DNA of 64,000 bases from Antedon mediterranea (GCF_964355755.1 NC_092672.1:19977237-20041236); one strand, 5' to 3'. Shown: positions 14,594-28,650, counted from the stretch's first letter. Numbers and translations: made by a program. The notes: generated by a model not told the origin, from the sequence alone.

Positions 14594-14899
14594 AGATGTA
14601 TTGTCCCACAAAAACATGAAAAATGAAGATTAATTAAATCAGACTTTGAATAGGTTATTTTGTAGTTTTAATAATGTTAATCAATTCCGTAGAAAAAAAA
14701 ATGTTTTCACTTATAAAATAACATAATAAATGGTTAAATTCAACCAAAAATCCATTGGCTGGCAGCCAATTTGACCATTTTTGCTTAAATACATTTTTTT
14801 AGATCCAATTTATCCAAAGTTGATAACTATCATGTGACATTAAATGGCATATTGAAAAAGTTAAGTTAAAAATTATTTTTCAGGGGGGACAATACATCT
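14594..14899. mobile_element. MITE with TTAA-like target (Kolobok-like)
   Basis: TIRs agatgtattgtccc ... gggacaatacatct, flanked by tcaa/ttaa. The same end recurs at ~33310. Confidence 0.65.
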
Positions 14900-15086
14900 T
14901 TAAACGAAATGTCATAGGTTTAATCAATTTAGTAGGCCTAGTAACTATGGTTGCAATAAAGTGTATTTTGATTGTATGAGCATTAAGCGATTGATTATTC
15001 AAACTTTCGCTTGTCATTAAATTTAATTCAATTGTCATTTAATATTTAATTTTAATTGGTTAAAACAACGAAAGGAATGTGCTTAC

Positions 15087-16829
15087 CAGGCCCGTATGCA
15101 GCATTTATAATGGGGGGGTGCGAGCGAAGCGAGCAACAATGGCTGGGGGCCAGGGGGCCGCCAAGGGCCCCCGGTCAGGGTCCAGGGGCCGAAGGCCCTG
15201 GAAAAATTTGCGTTATTTGACGTTCTAAAGACTGATGTAAGACTCTCTGTTGTGGCTTGGGCTAGTTGAACGATGGACACCAGAACTTAACGCTTTCATG
15301 ATGAGGCCAACTCAGCAGGGGTGGCGCCAGGATCTTCCCGACGCGGGGGCTACATACCCCGACGAGGGGACTATGCGAGCAAAGCGAGCATCACTAGGCT
15401 GAGGGCCAGGGGCCGCCAAGGGCCCCCGGCAACGCGTTCTAGCGTCATTTGAGGTCTTTTTAATCAGATTTAGGGTAGCCATTTTTTCCATTTTTTATAA
15501 TGCATAAATAAAATACTGCGTGCAAAAAAACGATGCGCGATGACTGTTTCAATCCATATTTTTCAATTTAAAAAATAAAAGTTCAAAGAAAATTTTGAAA
15601 AATAGAGTTGGAGGTCCCGGAAATTGGACTTATTATACTTCAAAACATGAAAAAAAATATATAAGTCCCTATCATGGGTTGTGACTGAGCTAAGAAATGT
15701 TTGAAAAATAGAGATGTTAGGTCCCGGAAAATGTACTTCTTGTTCTTCGAAATATGACCAGCTTTATTGTTGGGGCTGAGCTAAGAAAATGTTTAAAACT
15801 AGAGCTGCAGGTCTTCAAAAAATTGCATTTTATACTTTGGAAACATCAGGCCTAGAGGCTTAAAAAACGCAAGCGTATACCTTTTTCAGTCGGGGAAAAA
15901 AGTTTATTCCTCCCAGGTGTATGCATGCGTACCATCTGGACTTCCGAGTGGTGAGAAATTCATGACATACAGGATATTGAAAATGTAATAACTATAGCTA
16001 TAATGTTGGCTAAGCGAAAATGGCATGTTTTTTTGTTTAGTAATAGATGAAAAATTTATTTTAGGTGCCACACGGTACAGAAGGTTACTTGTAAATTAAA
16101 AAATTGGTGAACAAACGAACAATTAACATAATTCGTTTTTGCTGTAGTGTAGCGTACGTCGACGCAGTACACGACGTAACCGTCGGTAAACTTCGCCTGG
16201 AAAATAACACATTACACATTTTGGTCCCTGGATGAAACTTGATATCACGCGTCTCGACCCAACGTTGAACGATTCGTACAGAGGTATACCGCCAGACAAG
16301 TGCGTACCTAGCTATTGTTTAGTAGTAAGTTAGATCGCTGGCAATAATGAATGCATATAAAGTGCATAATATCACTCTGACGTACTCTCACGGTCAATGA
16401 AACGTCGCGGTTTTCTAGGCGCTGAAGCTAGCTACGAAGTGAACGCGAACGCTTTTTACTGTATATTATATTCCCCGACAAAAAGTACACGTGTTCCCTG
16501 ACGTTAAGTTGTCTGTATTTCTCCAGCAAACACTTTACCGCGTACATGAAGCGCTAAGCTATTACTTGTCGTCACATGATCGACTGCGCATGTTTTACAT
16601 CGAATTTGTAGTCAGTTCAGATTCCGTAATTTAATTACCGGTATTTTTTCATTTTATATTAGCATATTTTTGTTTGTATACCATTGATAATGTAAATTTT
16701 GTATATATATAATGATATTGTCTTTAGTTAAACAAGACAAGAAAAAATACCAACCGAGGAAAAAGTGGACCTTTTGGGACTTGGGGGGGTGCGTCTGCAC
16801 CCAACGCACCCCCCCTGGATACGGGCCTG
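15087..16829. mobile_element. Non-autonomous DNA transposon with GC-rich ends
   Basis: TIR CAGGCCCGTAT(g/c)CAG ... CTGGATACGGGCCTG, with direct repeat CTTAC at 15082-15086 and 16830-16834. No transposase ORF. Confidence 0.75.
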
Positions 16830-17459
16830 CTTACCCCCCCCCCCCCCACAACTAACGTATGCACTATTTTCTATAAATCGATAACAGGCCTATCAGGAAG
16901 TAAAATAGGCATACAACTTATTTTTCTAAGTATGCAATTTGGGTAAAAATACACACAATTTTTCAATAAAAATAGGTAGTCTGTGTAAAAAATAATATAA
17001 AAATATATTAGTTGTTAAGGTTTTGTTTTAATTGTTGTAATATTGTTTATGGGGCCCTCAAAACGACAACAAAACATAACAATGGCATAAAAATGGCAAG
17101 AGGTATTAATAAAAGATTAAAATGTAGGGCTACAATAAAACAATGTTAAAAATTGGATTAATTAATATAAGTCATTGTAGTCATTTCCCAGGTAGGCCTA
17201 CGTACTTCTCAAGATCCAGGTCATAGAATGTAGAGTCGCCCACCCTTCTTCAGCAGCAGCACACGTGTGTGATGGCATGATGGCTCATCAAAAAAAGTTC
17301 TCAAAATGAAACATGTAGGCCTATTTATATGGGGTGAACATGTTGTTACGTTTGTTACCGGTAATATTTTATGGTAATTATTAATAATTTATAGAACAGT
17401 GAATGTTAGGAAAAAATGGCGAAATAAATATAAGGGTACACTCAGCTACTAAAACTATA

Positions 17460-17830
17460 ATTAGGCCTATTATGCCTAGCCTAGGCCTAGGCTAAATACT
17501 ACGTACTAGCTAGGCCTAGCCTAGCTAGGCCTAGCTAGGCCTAGTGTATGTAGGCCTACTTATGTAGGGTGATGTACAGTAGGCCTAAGGCTATACTACT
17601 AACTACTTTCTCTAGGCCTAGGCCTAAGTACTAAATACTACTAACTAGGCCTAGTGTCTGTCTATAGGCCTACTTATGTAAGTTGATGTAGGCCTAAGGC
17701 TAAGGCTATACTATTACTAGACAAAAAAGGTGCTAGAGTAATAGATAGGAGGAGGAACAGGTAAGGCTGGACCAGGCCTAGTACAAGTTAGGCTTATAGC
17801 TAGCTAGATACTGTCTAGGCATAGCCTACT
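17460..17830. repeat. TAGGCCTA/CTAG-rich low-complexity tract
   Basis: Dense overlapping taggccta and ctag palindromes. Confidence 0.85.
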
Positions 17831-18213
17831 AGGATCATCATAATAGCAGTTTTCATACTGGAATTTACAGAAAAAGGTTAAAGGTTTCAAGATGGTTATA
17901 GGCCTGGGGTTAAACCATATAATATTTATATTATAAATAAAGGAAGTAAATTCATTGGTTAGTGACGTGTTCATTAAATATCTTTGTATCAAAATTGATT
18001 AAATTCACAGCGTTAATGAATGGTGGAACAGAATAGTTAGCTCTTGTTAAGAAAGCTAATTGTAATACTTTAATCTCTGTCCAAATTAGCTATTAAATCA
18101 AATCAACATCACAGGCAGAATGGCAAAGCATACCAGGTACACACACACTCACATTCCTATTTTTCTAAGGAAACAATTACAACTCCACTCCCAAAGACTT
18201 GTAATAAGACTTT

Positions 18214-18787
18214 TACCCTTTCACACCAAAACTCTGGAGTGTCCCCGGAGACACCCTGGGGTTTATGACCATTCAAAACGTCGAGAAACTCCGGAGATAC
18301 CCCTTTCACACCAACCTAGCAACACCGGGGTTTATAAAATAAAATTGTAAATGTCGCCCTCTATTTTTTTTTGTTAACATAGCGACGATCATTAGAATTA
18401 TTTTAATTAATAATATTTTAAATTTAATAATTACTTTCAAAAGTCTCAGAAGTAATATAATGTTTTATTTATACTACTTATTATTTTCTAGACCCGCTAT
18501 ATATTGTTTACAAATATTATAGTGTTTTAAAATAAAACTAAATAAATAATTGATTGCGAGGATAACCTTTTGACCCGAAACACTCCGGAGTTTGATGTTG
18601 GTACCTTTCACACCAAAACACCGGGGTGTCCCCGCAGTTCGCTCTCCGGAGAATGTTCAGCTGTTCAACCCCGCAGTTTTAAACTCCGGAGTTGCTTGAT
18701 TTTACCTTTCACACCAAACAGCGGGGCGTCAACTCCGGGGTGTCTCCAGAGTGTCTCCGGAGTTTGGCTTTTGGTGTGAAAGAGGTA
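18214..18787. mobile_element. MITE with subterminal repeats
   Basis: Ends taccctttcacaccaaaa ... ttttggtgtgaaagaggta, with internal repeats of cctttcacaccaa and ctccggag. Confidence 0.7.
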
Positions 18788-20549
18788 TTTGTTTATGTAG
18801 AGCATCTTGTGTATTTGTTTGTCTTGTGAACCGAGCTCTGAGGGTCCCTAATGATCAGCAATTGCTGGATGTATCACCCTCATTAAATATGGTTTTAAAA
18901 AAATATTAAAAACTGTAAATCAAGAAAAACAACATAAAAAAGTAAGTCACAATGTGTACATCATCATCATTTCATAGTCTTTGTCAGCTTATTGATCATG
19001 TCATCTGGACTGATTTTAATAATATTTGTTTTTCTCATTTATTCTCTATCTAGAAAACCATGACACTTTTAACTTTTAAATCCCTAAAAATAAGGTTACA
19101 TTATTATAAACACTCATATATAGAATTTGTCAAATTTTATATATATTTATTAACATAGTAAATAAGTCAATACAGTATATTGTGTCATATTTGTTGTGAT
19201 TGTTTGTTATCCAAACATGATAAATATTTGTATACATTACCTTTTTTTCTTATACATCATTAATGATAATAAAAGTTTAAATTTGTAACTTATCATCTAG
19301 ATTTTGCCTTCTTCACTGTAAATGAAATGATAAAATGCACTTTGTGAAGTGAAACAAAATTCACTTAAAGAAATAAATGAAATCAATAAATTTAAACTCA
19401 GATTACAAATACTGCCAACAGTGTCCCAATATTTGAGATCACTTCTTTCTTATAAATACTGCCACCAATGTAAGCTTATCTTTGTTGTTCTATATTTGTA
19501 ATCAATACAAAGGTTAAAGTGTAAATATTACCTTTTTATGGATTCTCTGCCTACAGTGTTGAGCCTAATCTAATACTGTTTTACTTACATTGTACAAAGG
19601 CTTCTTAAAGCTTATCCACATGTCTAAATTAGATGGAAGTTTTTCAATTCAATTGTTATTTACAGTTTTGCTGAAAGAAATTGATAGGTTGCAAATTTAA
19701 ATTGATTTAACAAAGTTACGAATGTGAATTGAGTGATTGTTCCATTTGGCTGGAATGACATTTAAAAAGAATATTTAAGAGAGTTACAATGGAAAAAAAG
19801 AATACAGAAAGTGGGGAAATCTCTTCTTTGATTAATAAAGTACCGGTATTACAGACCAAAATGTTTCATTATTTTGTGTTTTGGCCTATAGAGGGCGTTG
19901 TTAAGAATTGTGTTGTTAATTGGTCAAACATTTTAAAAGATTACTTTGTACTGTTCATATTTATTTTGCAGGGTGTGAGTGAGTGTAGCTACTGTATGAC
20001 ACAAAGTACAATGTTATTGAACTTCCTTCAATACAGACTTGTAAACAATTGACTATTATGTAATTTGCACATTTTGAGCTTTGCTGTCATGTGACTATAC
20101 AATCACTCAAATCAATTTTCAATAAAATCATTAAATTCATTTTTAAACATTTTATTTGATTAATTTATTCACCATGTGACATGATCAAAAAGAAAAATCA
20201 ATATGCATCTGTAGTATAAGATGCTTTTATTAAAATGTCATTTTAGCACAAGGCAGAATTGGAAGTAAAGTTTCACAATATTATAATAAAAAATAGTTGA
20301 AATGGTAAATCATATAAAATGAAAAATCTATACAAAATTAACAAATTAGGATAACAAGAAACAAACATGATACAAATAAGATAAAAATTTATTTGACATT
20401 GAAATTATCTTATATTATGACCTTTGGATTTTCCATTTATTTTACCTTGTCTTTAACTAATATTACATTTGAAATTGTAGGGCAATGATAAAATGAAAGC
20501 AAACATTAAATCATGCGACTTTGAATACTTGATTGACGCAGACAATTTA

Positions 20550-23500
20550 TAACAATTCTTGTCCAGTATTGGTCTTCATTATTTCAAATCTTTAAAACTA
20601 AAATGTTTACTGTAGAGTATTTGTGTTGTAGCTGTTTAACAATTCCTGTCCAGTATTGGTCTTCACTATTTCAAATCTTTAAAAGTAAAATGTTCATTAT
20701 AGAGTATTTGTGATGTAGCTGTTTAACAATTCTTGTCCAGTATTGGTCTTCATTATTTCATCTTTAAAAGTGAAATGTTCATTATAGAGTATTTGTGTTG
20801 TAGCTGTTTAACAATTCTTGTCCAGTATTGGTCTTCATTATTTCATATCTTTAAAAGTAAAATGTTCATTATAGAGTATTTGTGTTGTAGTTGTTTAACA
20901 ATTCCTGTCCAGTATTGGTCTTCATTATTTCATATCTTTAAAAGTAAAATGTTCACTGTAGAGTATTTGTGTTGTAGCTGTTTAACAATTCTTGTCCAGT
21001 ATTGGTCTTCATTATTTCATATCTTTAAAAGTAAAATGTTCATTATAGAGTATTTGTGTTTTAGTTGTTTAACAATTCTTGTCCAGTATTGGTCTTCATT
21101 ATTTCATATCTTTAAAAGTAAAATGTTCATTATAGAGTATTTGTGTTGTAGTTGTTTAACAATTCCTGTCCAGTATTGGTCTTCATTATTTCATATCTTT
21201 AAAAGTAAAATGTTCACTGTAGAGTATTTGTGTTGTAGCTGTTTAACAATTCTTGTCCAGTATTGGTCTTCATTATTTCATATCTTTAAAAGTAAAATGT
21301 TCATTATAGAGTATTTGTGTTGTAGTTGTTTAACAATTCCTGTCCAGTATTGGTCTTCATTATTTCATATCTTTAAAAGTAAAATGTTCACTGTAGAGTA
21401 TTTGTGTTGTAGCTGTTTAACAATTCTTGTCCAGTATTGGTCTTCATTATTTCATATCTTTAAAAGTAAAATGTTCATTATAGAGTATTTGTGTTGTAGT
21501 TGTTTAACAATTCTTGTCCAGTATTGGTCTTCATTATTTCATATAAAATGTTCATTATAGAGTATTTGTGATGTAGCTGTTTAACAATTCTTGTCCAGTA
21601 TTGGTCTTCATTATTTCATATCTTTAAAAGTAAAATGTTCATTATAGAGTATTTGTGTTGTAGTTGTTTAACAATTCCTGTCCAGTATTGGTCTTCATTA
21701 TTTCATATCTTTAAAAGTAAAATGTTCACTGTAGAGTATTTGTGTTGTAGCTGTTTAACAATTCTTGTCCAGTATTGGTCTTCATTATTTCATATCTTTA
21801 AAAGTAAAATGTTCATTATAGAGTATTTGTGTTGTAGTTGTTTAACAATTCTTGTCCAGTATTGGTCTTCATTATTTCATATCTTTAAAAGTAAAATGTT
21901 CATTATAGAGTATTTGTGTTGTAGTTGTTTAACAATTCCTGTCCAGTATTGGTCTTCATTATTTCATATCTTTAAAAGTAAAATGTTCACTGTAGAGTAT
22001 TTGTGTTGTAGCTGTTTAACAATTCTTGTCCAGTATTGGTCTTCATTATTTCATATCTTTAAAAGTAAAATGTTCATTATAGAGTATTTGTGTTGTAGTT
22101 GTTTAACAATTCCTGTCCAGTATTGGTCTTCATTATTTCATATCTTTAAAAGTAAAATGTTCACTGTAGAGTATTTGTGTTGTAGCTGTTTAACAATTCT
22201 TGTCCAGTATTGGTCTTCATTATTTCATATCTTTAAAAGTAAAATGTTCATTATAGAGTATTTGTGTTGTAGTTGTTTAACAATTCTTGTCCAGTATTGG
22301 TCTTCATTATTTCATATAAAATGTTCATTATAGAGTATTTGTGATGTAGCTGTTTAACAATTCTTGTCCAGTATTGGTCTTCATTATTTCATATCTTTAA
22401 AAGTAAAATGTTCATTATAGAGTATTTGTGTTGTAGTTGTTTAACAATTCCTGTCCAGTATTGGTCTTCATTATTTCATATCTTTAAAAGTAAAATGTTC
22501 ATTATAGAGTATTTGTGTTGTAGCTGTTTAACAATTCTTGTCCAGTATTGGTCTTCATTATTTCATATCTTTAAAAGTAAAATGTTCATTATAGAGTATT
22601 TGTGTTGTAGTTGTTTAACAATTCTTGTCCAGTATTGGTCTTCATTATTTCATATAAAATGTTCATTATAGAGTATTTGTGATGTAGCTGTTTAACAATT
22701 CTTTTCCAGTATTGGTCTTCATTATTTCATATCTTTAAAAGTAAAATGTTCACTGTAGAGTATTTGTGTTGTAGCTGTTTAACAATTCTTGTCCAGTATT
22801 TGTCTTCATTATTTCATATCTTTAAAAGTAAAATGTTCATTATAGAGTATTTGTGTTGTAGTCGTTTAACAATTTCTGTCCAGTATTGGTCTTCATTATT
22901 TCATATCTTTAAAAGTAAAATGTTCACTGTAGAGTATTTGTGTTGTAGCTGTTTAACAATTCTTGTCCAGTATTGGTCTTCATTATTTCATATCTTTAAA
23001 AGTAAAATGTTCATTATAGAGTATTTGTGTTGTAGTTGTTTAACAATTCTTGTCCAGTATTGGTTTTCATTATTTCATATAAAATGTTCATTATAGAGTA
23101 TTTGTGATGTAGCTGTTTAACAATTCTTGTCCAGTATTGGTCTTCATTATTTCATATCTTTAAAAGTAAAATGTTCATTATAGAGTATTTGTGTTGTAGT
23201 TGTTTAACAATTCCTGTCCAGTATTGGTCTTCATTATTTCATATCTTTAAAAGTAAAATGTTCATTATAGAGTATTTGTGTTGTAGCTGTTTAACAATTC
23301 TTGTCCAGTATCGGTCTTCATTATTTCATATCTTTAAAAGTAAAATGTTCATTATAGAGTATTTGTGTTGTAGTTGTTTAACAATTCTTGTCCAGTATTG
23401 GTCTTCATTATTTCATATCTTAAAAAGTAAAATGTTCATTATAGAGTATTTGTGTTGTAGTTGTTTAACAATTCTTGTCCAGTATTGGTCTTCATTATTT

Positions 23501-23724
23501 CATATCTTTAAAAGTAAAATTTTCATTATAGAGTATTTGTAATGTAGCGTTTTAACAATTCTTGTCTGGTATTGGTCTTCATTATTTCATATCTTTAAAA
23601 GTAAAATGTTCATTATAGAGTATTTGTGTTGTAGCTGTTTAACAATTCTTGTCCGGTATTGGTCTTCATTGCATATCTTTAAAAGTAAAATGTTCACTAT
23701 AGAGTATTTGTGATGTAGCTGTTT
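20550..23724. repeat. 87-bp satellite array (~36 units) with 77-bp variants
   Basis: Unit aacaattcttgtccagtattggtcttcattatttcatatctttaaaagtaaaatgttcattatagagtatttgtgttgtagctgttt. It produces the 29-aa periodic ORFs in the track. Confidence 0.97.
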
Positions 23725-24848
23725 GTCATGTTGGTTTACCTGCTTGTCTTTACAATCTATTAGTATGTTAAACATTTTGTACAGTAAAGAGTTAAGTTGT
23801 ACATTTTACCCAGTTGTTTCTTGTGTATGGGCAAAGTGTAATAAATAATAATCTTTATTGAAAATGATACCTTAATATTTTCATCTGTTGCAACTGATAT
23901 TACAATTTCTTGAGTCGTAGATTGTATACCTTTGAAATCTCCTGTCTGATTCAGCAGCCGGTTATCTAATGTATACATTTTAGTTTTCTTATAGTTGTTT
24001 AACTTCATAGGTAGAATAATCATGTTGTCATGCTCTATGTCATTGAATTGAATGGGTTCATACAGCACAACTTCGTTTGTTTGTATTAATATTCATATGA
24101 TCATTTTCTTTGGGTTTTTGCCTGTAAACATTCAATTGGTTAGATTTTGTCTTGTCTCTCATTAAGTAGGCCTACTAAAATTGTTTAATAAAGAATATAT
24201 TTAACACCCATGTTGGCCCTGCCTGTTGTTTGAACTTAGACTACATTAATCTAATAACCTTTGCCTTAGTTTACTGTTTGTTTGTCACCCTGTTATTCCC
24301 CTTAGTAATATCATCTGATAAACTTAAAGCAAATATTAAAACAGGCTTTGTTGCACTATTGTAGCATTAAATATAGTAGGTTTATTTATACTTTTTTAAA
24401 CACTCTAAAGTAAAATTCACAATAAACTTTTTAAAGTTTGTCTTCTGTCTTTATACAATTTTGTTTCAATATTACTATTAACCAAATTACAAAATAGTGT
24501 ATAATTTACTTTATTAATATTTAAAACCAAAGTTGTTTTTTTAAATCTTTAAATTCAACGATCAAAGTCTTTTATCAGATTGTCTGTTGAACTGATTAGC
24601 AATTGTGCTCTGTATTTTATTTACTATACATTTATAAAAATTGACAAGTTATATTATCATTCAAGCAATATAAGTTTTTTATTTTTTATACACAATAAAC
24701 GTTAGTCTTTGAAGAATTTCATTTCGCTTCTAATGTTATCAAAGAAAGAGTAAATGGAGAGTACTTTCCTCCATGCTCAAACGTTTAAATCTCTATATGA
24801 AATCTTTATCAACTCACGTCATGACATCATCAGTTGTTGATGATGTTG

Positions 24849-25055
24849 TATTGAAGGTTATGCGGTCCCTGGCCAGGTGAGAATGCAATTAGGTGATTGT
24901 ACAGATTGTTCATTGTTTTATCTATCTTCCTTCTAATGTTTGACTCTCTAATTGACTCTGTCTATCTTTCCATTTTGTTTCCTTAGATAGGATGTTTTCC
25001 TCCCATTTTGGTACATGATTTTCACCTGGCCAGGTACCGTACAACCTCCAATCTA
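24849..25055. mobile_element. MITE with ~35-bp imperfect TIRs
   Basis: attgaaggttatgcggtccctggccaggtgagaat is inverted relative to attttcacctggccaggtaccgtacaacctccaat. Confidence 0.6.
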
Positions 25056-26259
25056 AAACCGGAAGAGGCGTACGACGTCAGCATCCTTTAATAATTCACC
25101 TTTGACACAGAATGTGATAGAGTTAAGTTATGAATCATTGTTATGTTGTTCAAAGATCTAGAGCCAAAAAATATCTATTCTATTATTGGAATAGCGTTCA
25201 GTAGGACCAACACAATTTCAGTAGGTATTTGATTTTCACATTAATTTTCATTTTTTCTTAACTTTAATTTTCTTATCGTGTGCTTCAGTTTGTATCATTT
25301 ATACTCGTTTTTATTACAACAGAAAATTTATTTAAATAAAAATGTAACATTTACTGCAAAAGTTTCTTTTGTTTTGTTGATTGACAGCTTTAATTGAATC
25401 CATAATGAAAAAAAAAAAACCAAAAAACTCTGGCATATAGTAATGTAGGAAATATAAATAAGTGAATATTTACAATTAAAACAAATTTATAAATTTACAA
25501 ACTACCCATTAACAATGCTGAAGTATTCAAAGTCCAAATACAGTGTCTTTTGTAAGGACCTTTTGTTATCACTATTAGTTGTTGCAGGTTACTTGAGCAC
25601 CTGATTTACAAAAACCTATACATTTATGTTGATATTGTTTTTGTTATCCTAACTCCAGGGAAGTGACTTGAGTTTCTGGCAATGGCACTCTTTGTTGTAA
25701 TATAATGTACATTTGAATAATGCCTTGTATGAACCTCATCTCATCTAGTGATTATGTTATAGTATTTTGTATAATTTCAAGTAAAATTATATAATTGTAT
25801 TTTTACAAGACCTTAATCAGTCATTATTAGAGTTTACCTGAGGTACCTTGATACACCTTGTTTGCTTTACCTAAAATGGTAATTCACGTTGGTTTGTAGT
25901 TCTAATCAACTATATGATAAGAACAAAGCAAACACTAAGTCACTATGTTGTAATTTGTATAGAATCCATTGAATTGCACTGGTTATCACTATATAAATAA
26001 TGATATAAAAGTGTTTGGTCTTCTGTACAACAACCACTTGCATTCAACTTTTGAAGAGGAAACGTTGCATATTTTGGATTTATTTTATTTTAGCATTGCT
26101 CCCCTGTAAGTGTTGTAGGTCTAATATTATAATATTATTTGATAGAGGAGGCATTGGTTGAGGAAATTGTTGATAGATGAGACATTGTATTGTATATTTA
26201 CTCTATTTCAACATCATGTTCAGTACTTTTAGTCCTAGTACTGTATTTATATTAATTAT

Positions 26260-26658
26260 TGTCAACATTAGAGGGAGGGGTAGTATTTGGGTTGAGTTTA
26301 AAGCCACAACCTGCAGATGATCCCAATGATTGCTTCATTCTTTGCCATTGTGATGAGCTGTCAACATTAAAAGAAGGGATAGTATTTAGGTTGAGTTTAA
26401 AGCCACAATCTGCAGATGATCCCAATGATTGCTTCATTCTTTGCCATTGTGATGAGCTGTCAACATTAGAGGAAGGGATAATATTTAGGTTGAGTTTAAA
26501 GCCACAATCTGCAGATGATCCCAATGATTGCTTCATTCTTTGCCATTGTGATGAGCTGTCAACATTAGGGGAAGGGATAGTATTTAGGTTGAGTTTAAAG
26601 CCACAATCTGCAGATGATCCCAATGATTGCTTCATTATTTGCCATTGTGATGAGCTGT
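26260..26658. repeat. 99-bp tandem repeat, 4 units
   Basis: tgtcaacatt recurs at 26260, 26359, 26458 and 26557. Confidence 0.95.
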
Positions 26659-26878
26659 AACACAAGTTTCTTTTATCATTAAGTATCTACCACTAGTATT
26701 CAAATAACTCATAATATTATCATCATGTTTTAATGTCTGTGAAAAGAAGCTGTGTATTTATTAATGCAGTTTACTTTAGGCCTAATATAAAAATATTTTT
26801 ATTTGAATTGAAAATTTTAAAATAATATAAACAAGCATTATACATTGTTTTTGTATTTTCTTTCAGTTTAGCAATACA

Positions 26879-26929
26879 ATGGATCTTCATGAATGGCCGG
26901 TTAAGCTTTGTGCAAATAATGGTCTTGAG
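26879..26929 (+). CDS. Ankyrin-repeat protein, first visible coding exon (MDLHEWPVKLCANNGLE)
   Basis: tttcag acceptor at 26866, ATG at 26879, donor GAG|gtaggc. Phase 0, compatible with the next exons. Confidence 0.5.
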
Positions 26930-27553
26930 GTAGGCAAGTTTACACTGTTTTAGGATAATAGCATTTAACCAGCAACAATTATAGCAATGCTATCACATTA
27001 ACAACTTAATAAATTGTTCTATTAGCTTATGATCTGGAATCAAAAGAGAACTAAAACAAGTAACTAAATAAATTAAATAGTGACAACAAATTACAGTATT
27101 ACAATGAACAAAATAATCACTGTAGTGCTTCTATGCTGTTGGCTCATTTGATGTGATTGTTTTGATTTATTTGACCAGCATGATATATCAACACATTAAC
27201 ATACAATACAACATAGAGATGAAAAATGCCGGGCAGGGGCAGCTTAAGCAAAATACATTGCTGTAAATCAAATGAACCAGCTACCTCTCATACAAAAATA
27301 AATATTTAAACAATAATTAAATACAAATTTTATTAAAATTTTTCTATAAAAATATGTTTACAAAATTAATGTAAATACAAAAATTTAAGACAAGAAGAAA
27401 AAAAACTTATTTTTTTGGGCAATCTAATATATTATAATATTATAATATAATGGCTGTAATTTAATACAACATAGAATGTATGTTGTTGTCTATGTTTGCT
27501 ATATTATATGTATTTTAAAGAAAAATGTAACTGAATCTATTTGTATTTCATAG

Positions 27554-27628
27554 ATTACAGGGGAAAAAACTGCTGAAGAAATTTGCCATTTCATTGTTAG
27601 CAACAATGCTGTCAACATCCAAGACCAG
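27554..27628 (+). CDS. Ankyrin-repeat protein exon (ITGEKTAEEICHFIVSNNAVNIQDQ)
   Basis: tcatag acceptor, CAG|gtatac donor, 75 bp, phase 0. Ends like an ankyrin repeat (AVNIQD). Confidence 0.7.
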
Positions 27629-27802
27629 GTATACATCAATTTGTTTTCCCTTGCAATGATTTTGATAATACAACCTTAAATTACTTGACACTAATTAAAG
27701 TGCATAAATACTAATTTGTTTTAAAGATCTTTTATAATTGTTCTCTGGTTGCATATTTGCAGTTAACATACACACTGATTGTTAAAAGCATCATATTTAT
27801 AT

Positions 27803-28161
27803 TTTATCTTAGCTGTATGTTAGATGGTTTGTATATTGTGTGTTTATATCTTATATTAGCTGTATGTTAGATTGTTTGTATATTGTGTGTTTATATCTTA
27901 TCTTAGCTGTATGTTAGATGGTTTGTATATTGTGTGTTTATATCTTATCTTAGCTGTATGTTAGATGGTTTGTATATTGTGTGTTTATATCTTATCTTAG
28001 CTGTATGTTAGATGGTTTGTATATTGTGTGTTTATATCTTATCTTAGCTGTATGTTAGATGGTTTGTATATTGTGTGTTTATATCTTATCTTAGCTGTAT
28101 GTTAGATGGTTTGTATATTGTGTGTTTATATCTTATCTTAGCTGTATGTTAGATGGTTTGT
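27803..28161. repeat. 47-bp intronic minisatellite (~7.5 units)
   Basis: Unit ttagctgtatgttagatggtttgtatattgtgtgtttatatcttatc. Confidence 0.95.
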
Positions 28162-28417
28162 CAATATAATTTAGTACATTAGTCTTTCAGTACAATTTGC
28201 TTAGACAATTTGATTGGCTAATACCGGATTTGAATAATGGCTTGGTAACTCAATCCCCTGTAATTGTAATTAATTTCAGAATCTGAACAATGATATAATT
28301 ATTCATCTGTTGAACAAATAACTAAACTAACTTCATAAGAAATATATACATCACTGAAAAAAAATACAACGCACAAGGCAGTGAAAAAAAGGATGAACAT
28401 GTGTCAAACACTTCTAT

Positions 28418-28650
28418 CTATACGGCCATAATGCGTTGAAACACCGGTTCTCGTCAGATCACCAAAGTTAAGCAACGTTAGGCCCGGTTGCTTTCTGGAT
28501 GGGAGACCGTCTAGAAATCGTGGCGGGTGCTGTATATACTGGAGAGTGATGGTGTAATGGTAATATCGGACTAGCATGTGATAGGCATGGGTTCGAGGTT
28601 ATCTGTACCATACTAATTGCATCCTTAGGAAAGATGCTTTACTCTCATTA
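28418..28650 (+). mobile_element. Composite SINE: 5S rRNA-derived head, tRNA-like segment and CORE-like motif
   Basis: 28418-28538 matches metazoan 5S rRNA (tacggccata...caccggttctcgtc.gatcacc.aagttaagcaacgt...gggtgctgta) with mutations. Then an A-box tggtgtaatggt, a B-box ggttcgag, and tccttaggaaagatgcttt resembling the CORE ccttgggcaag.cactt motif. Confidence 0.7.

Noticed and set aside
20733-23542. Long Cys/hydrophobic ORFs with 29-aa periodicity
   Set aside because: They are by-products of an 87-bp satellite, broken by 77-bp units and stops, with no splice or domain evidence.
20550-23724. CRISPR-like array
   Set aside because: The units are head-to-tail with no unique spacers, the context is eukaryotic and there are no cas genes. 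The same applies to the 47-, 60-, 99- and 100-bp arrays.
23760-24120. Minus-strand exon candidate
   Set aside because: Splice-like ends exist but all frames from the acceptor hit stops, and there is no recognisable domain.
28418-28538. Functional 5S rRNA gene
   Set aside because: It has indels and substitutions in the internal promoter region, no oligo-T terminator, is a single copy and is fused to a tRNA-like SINE segment.
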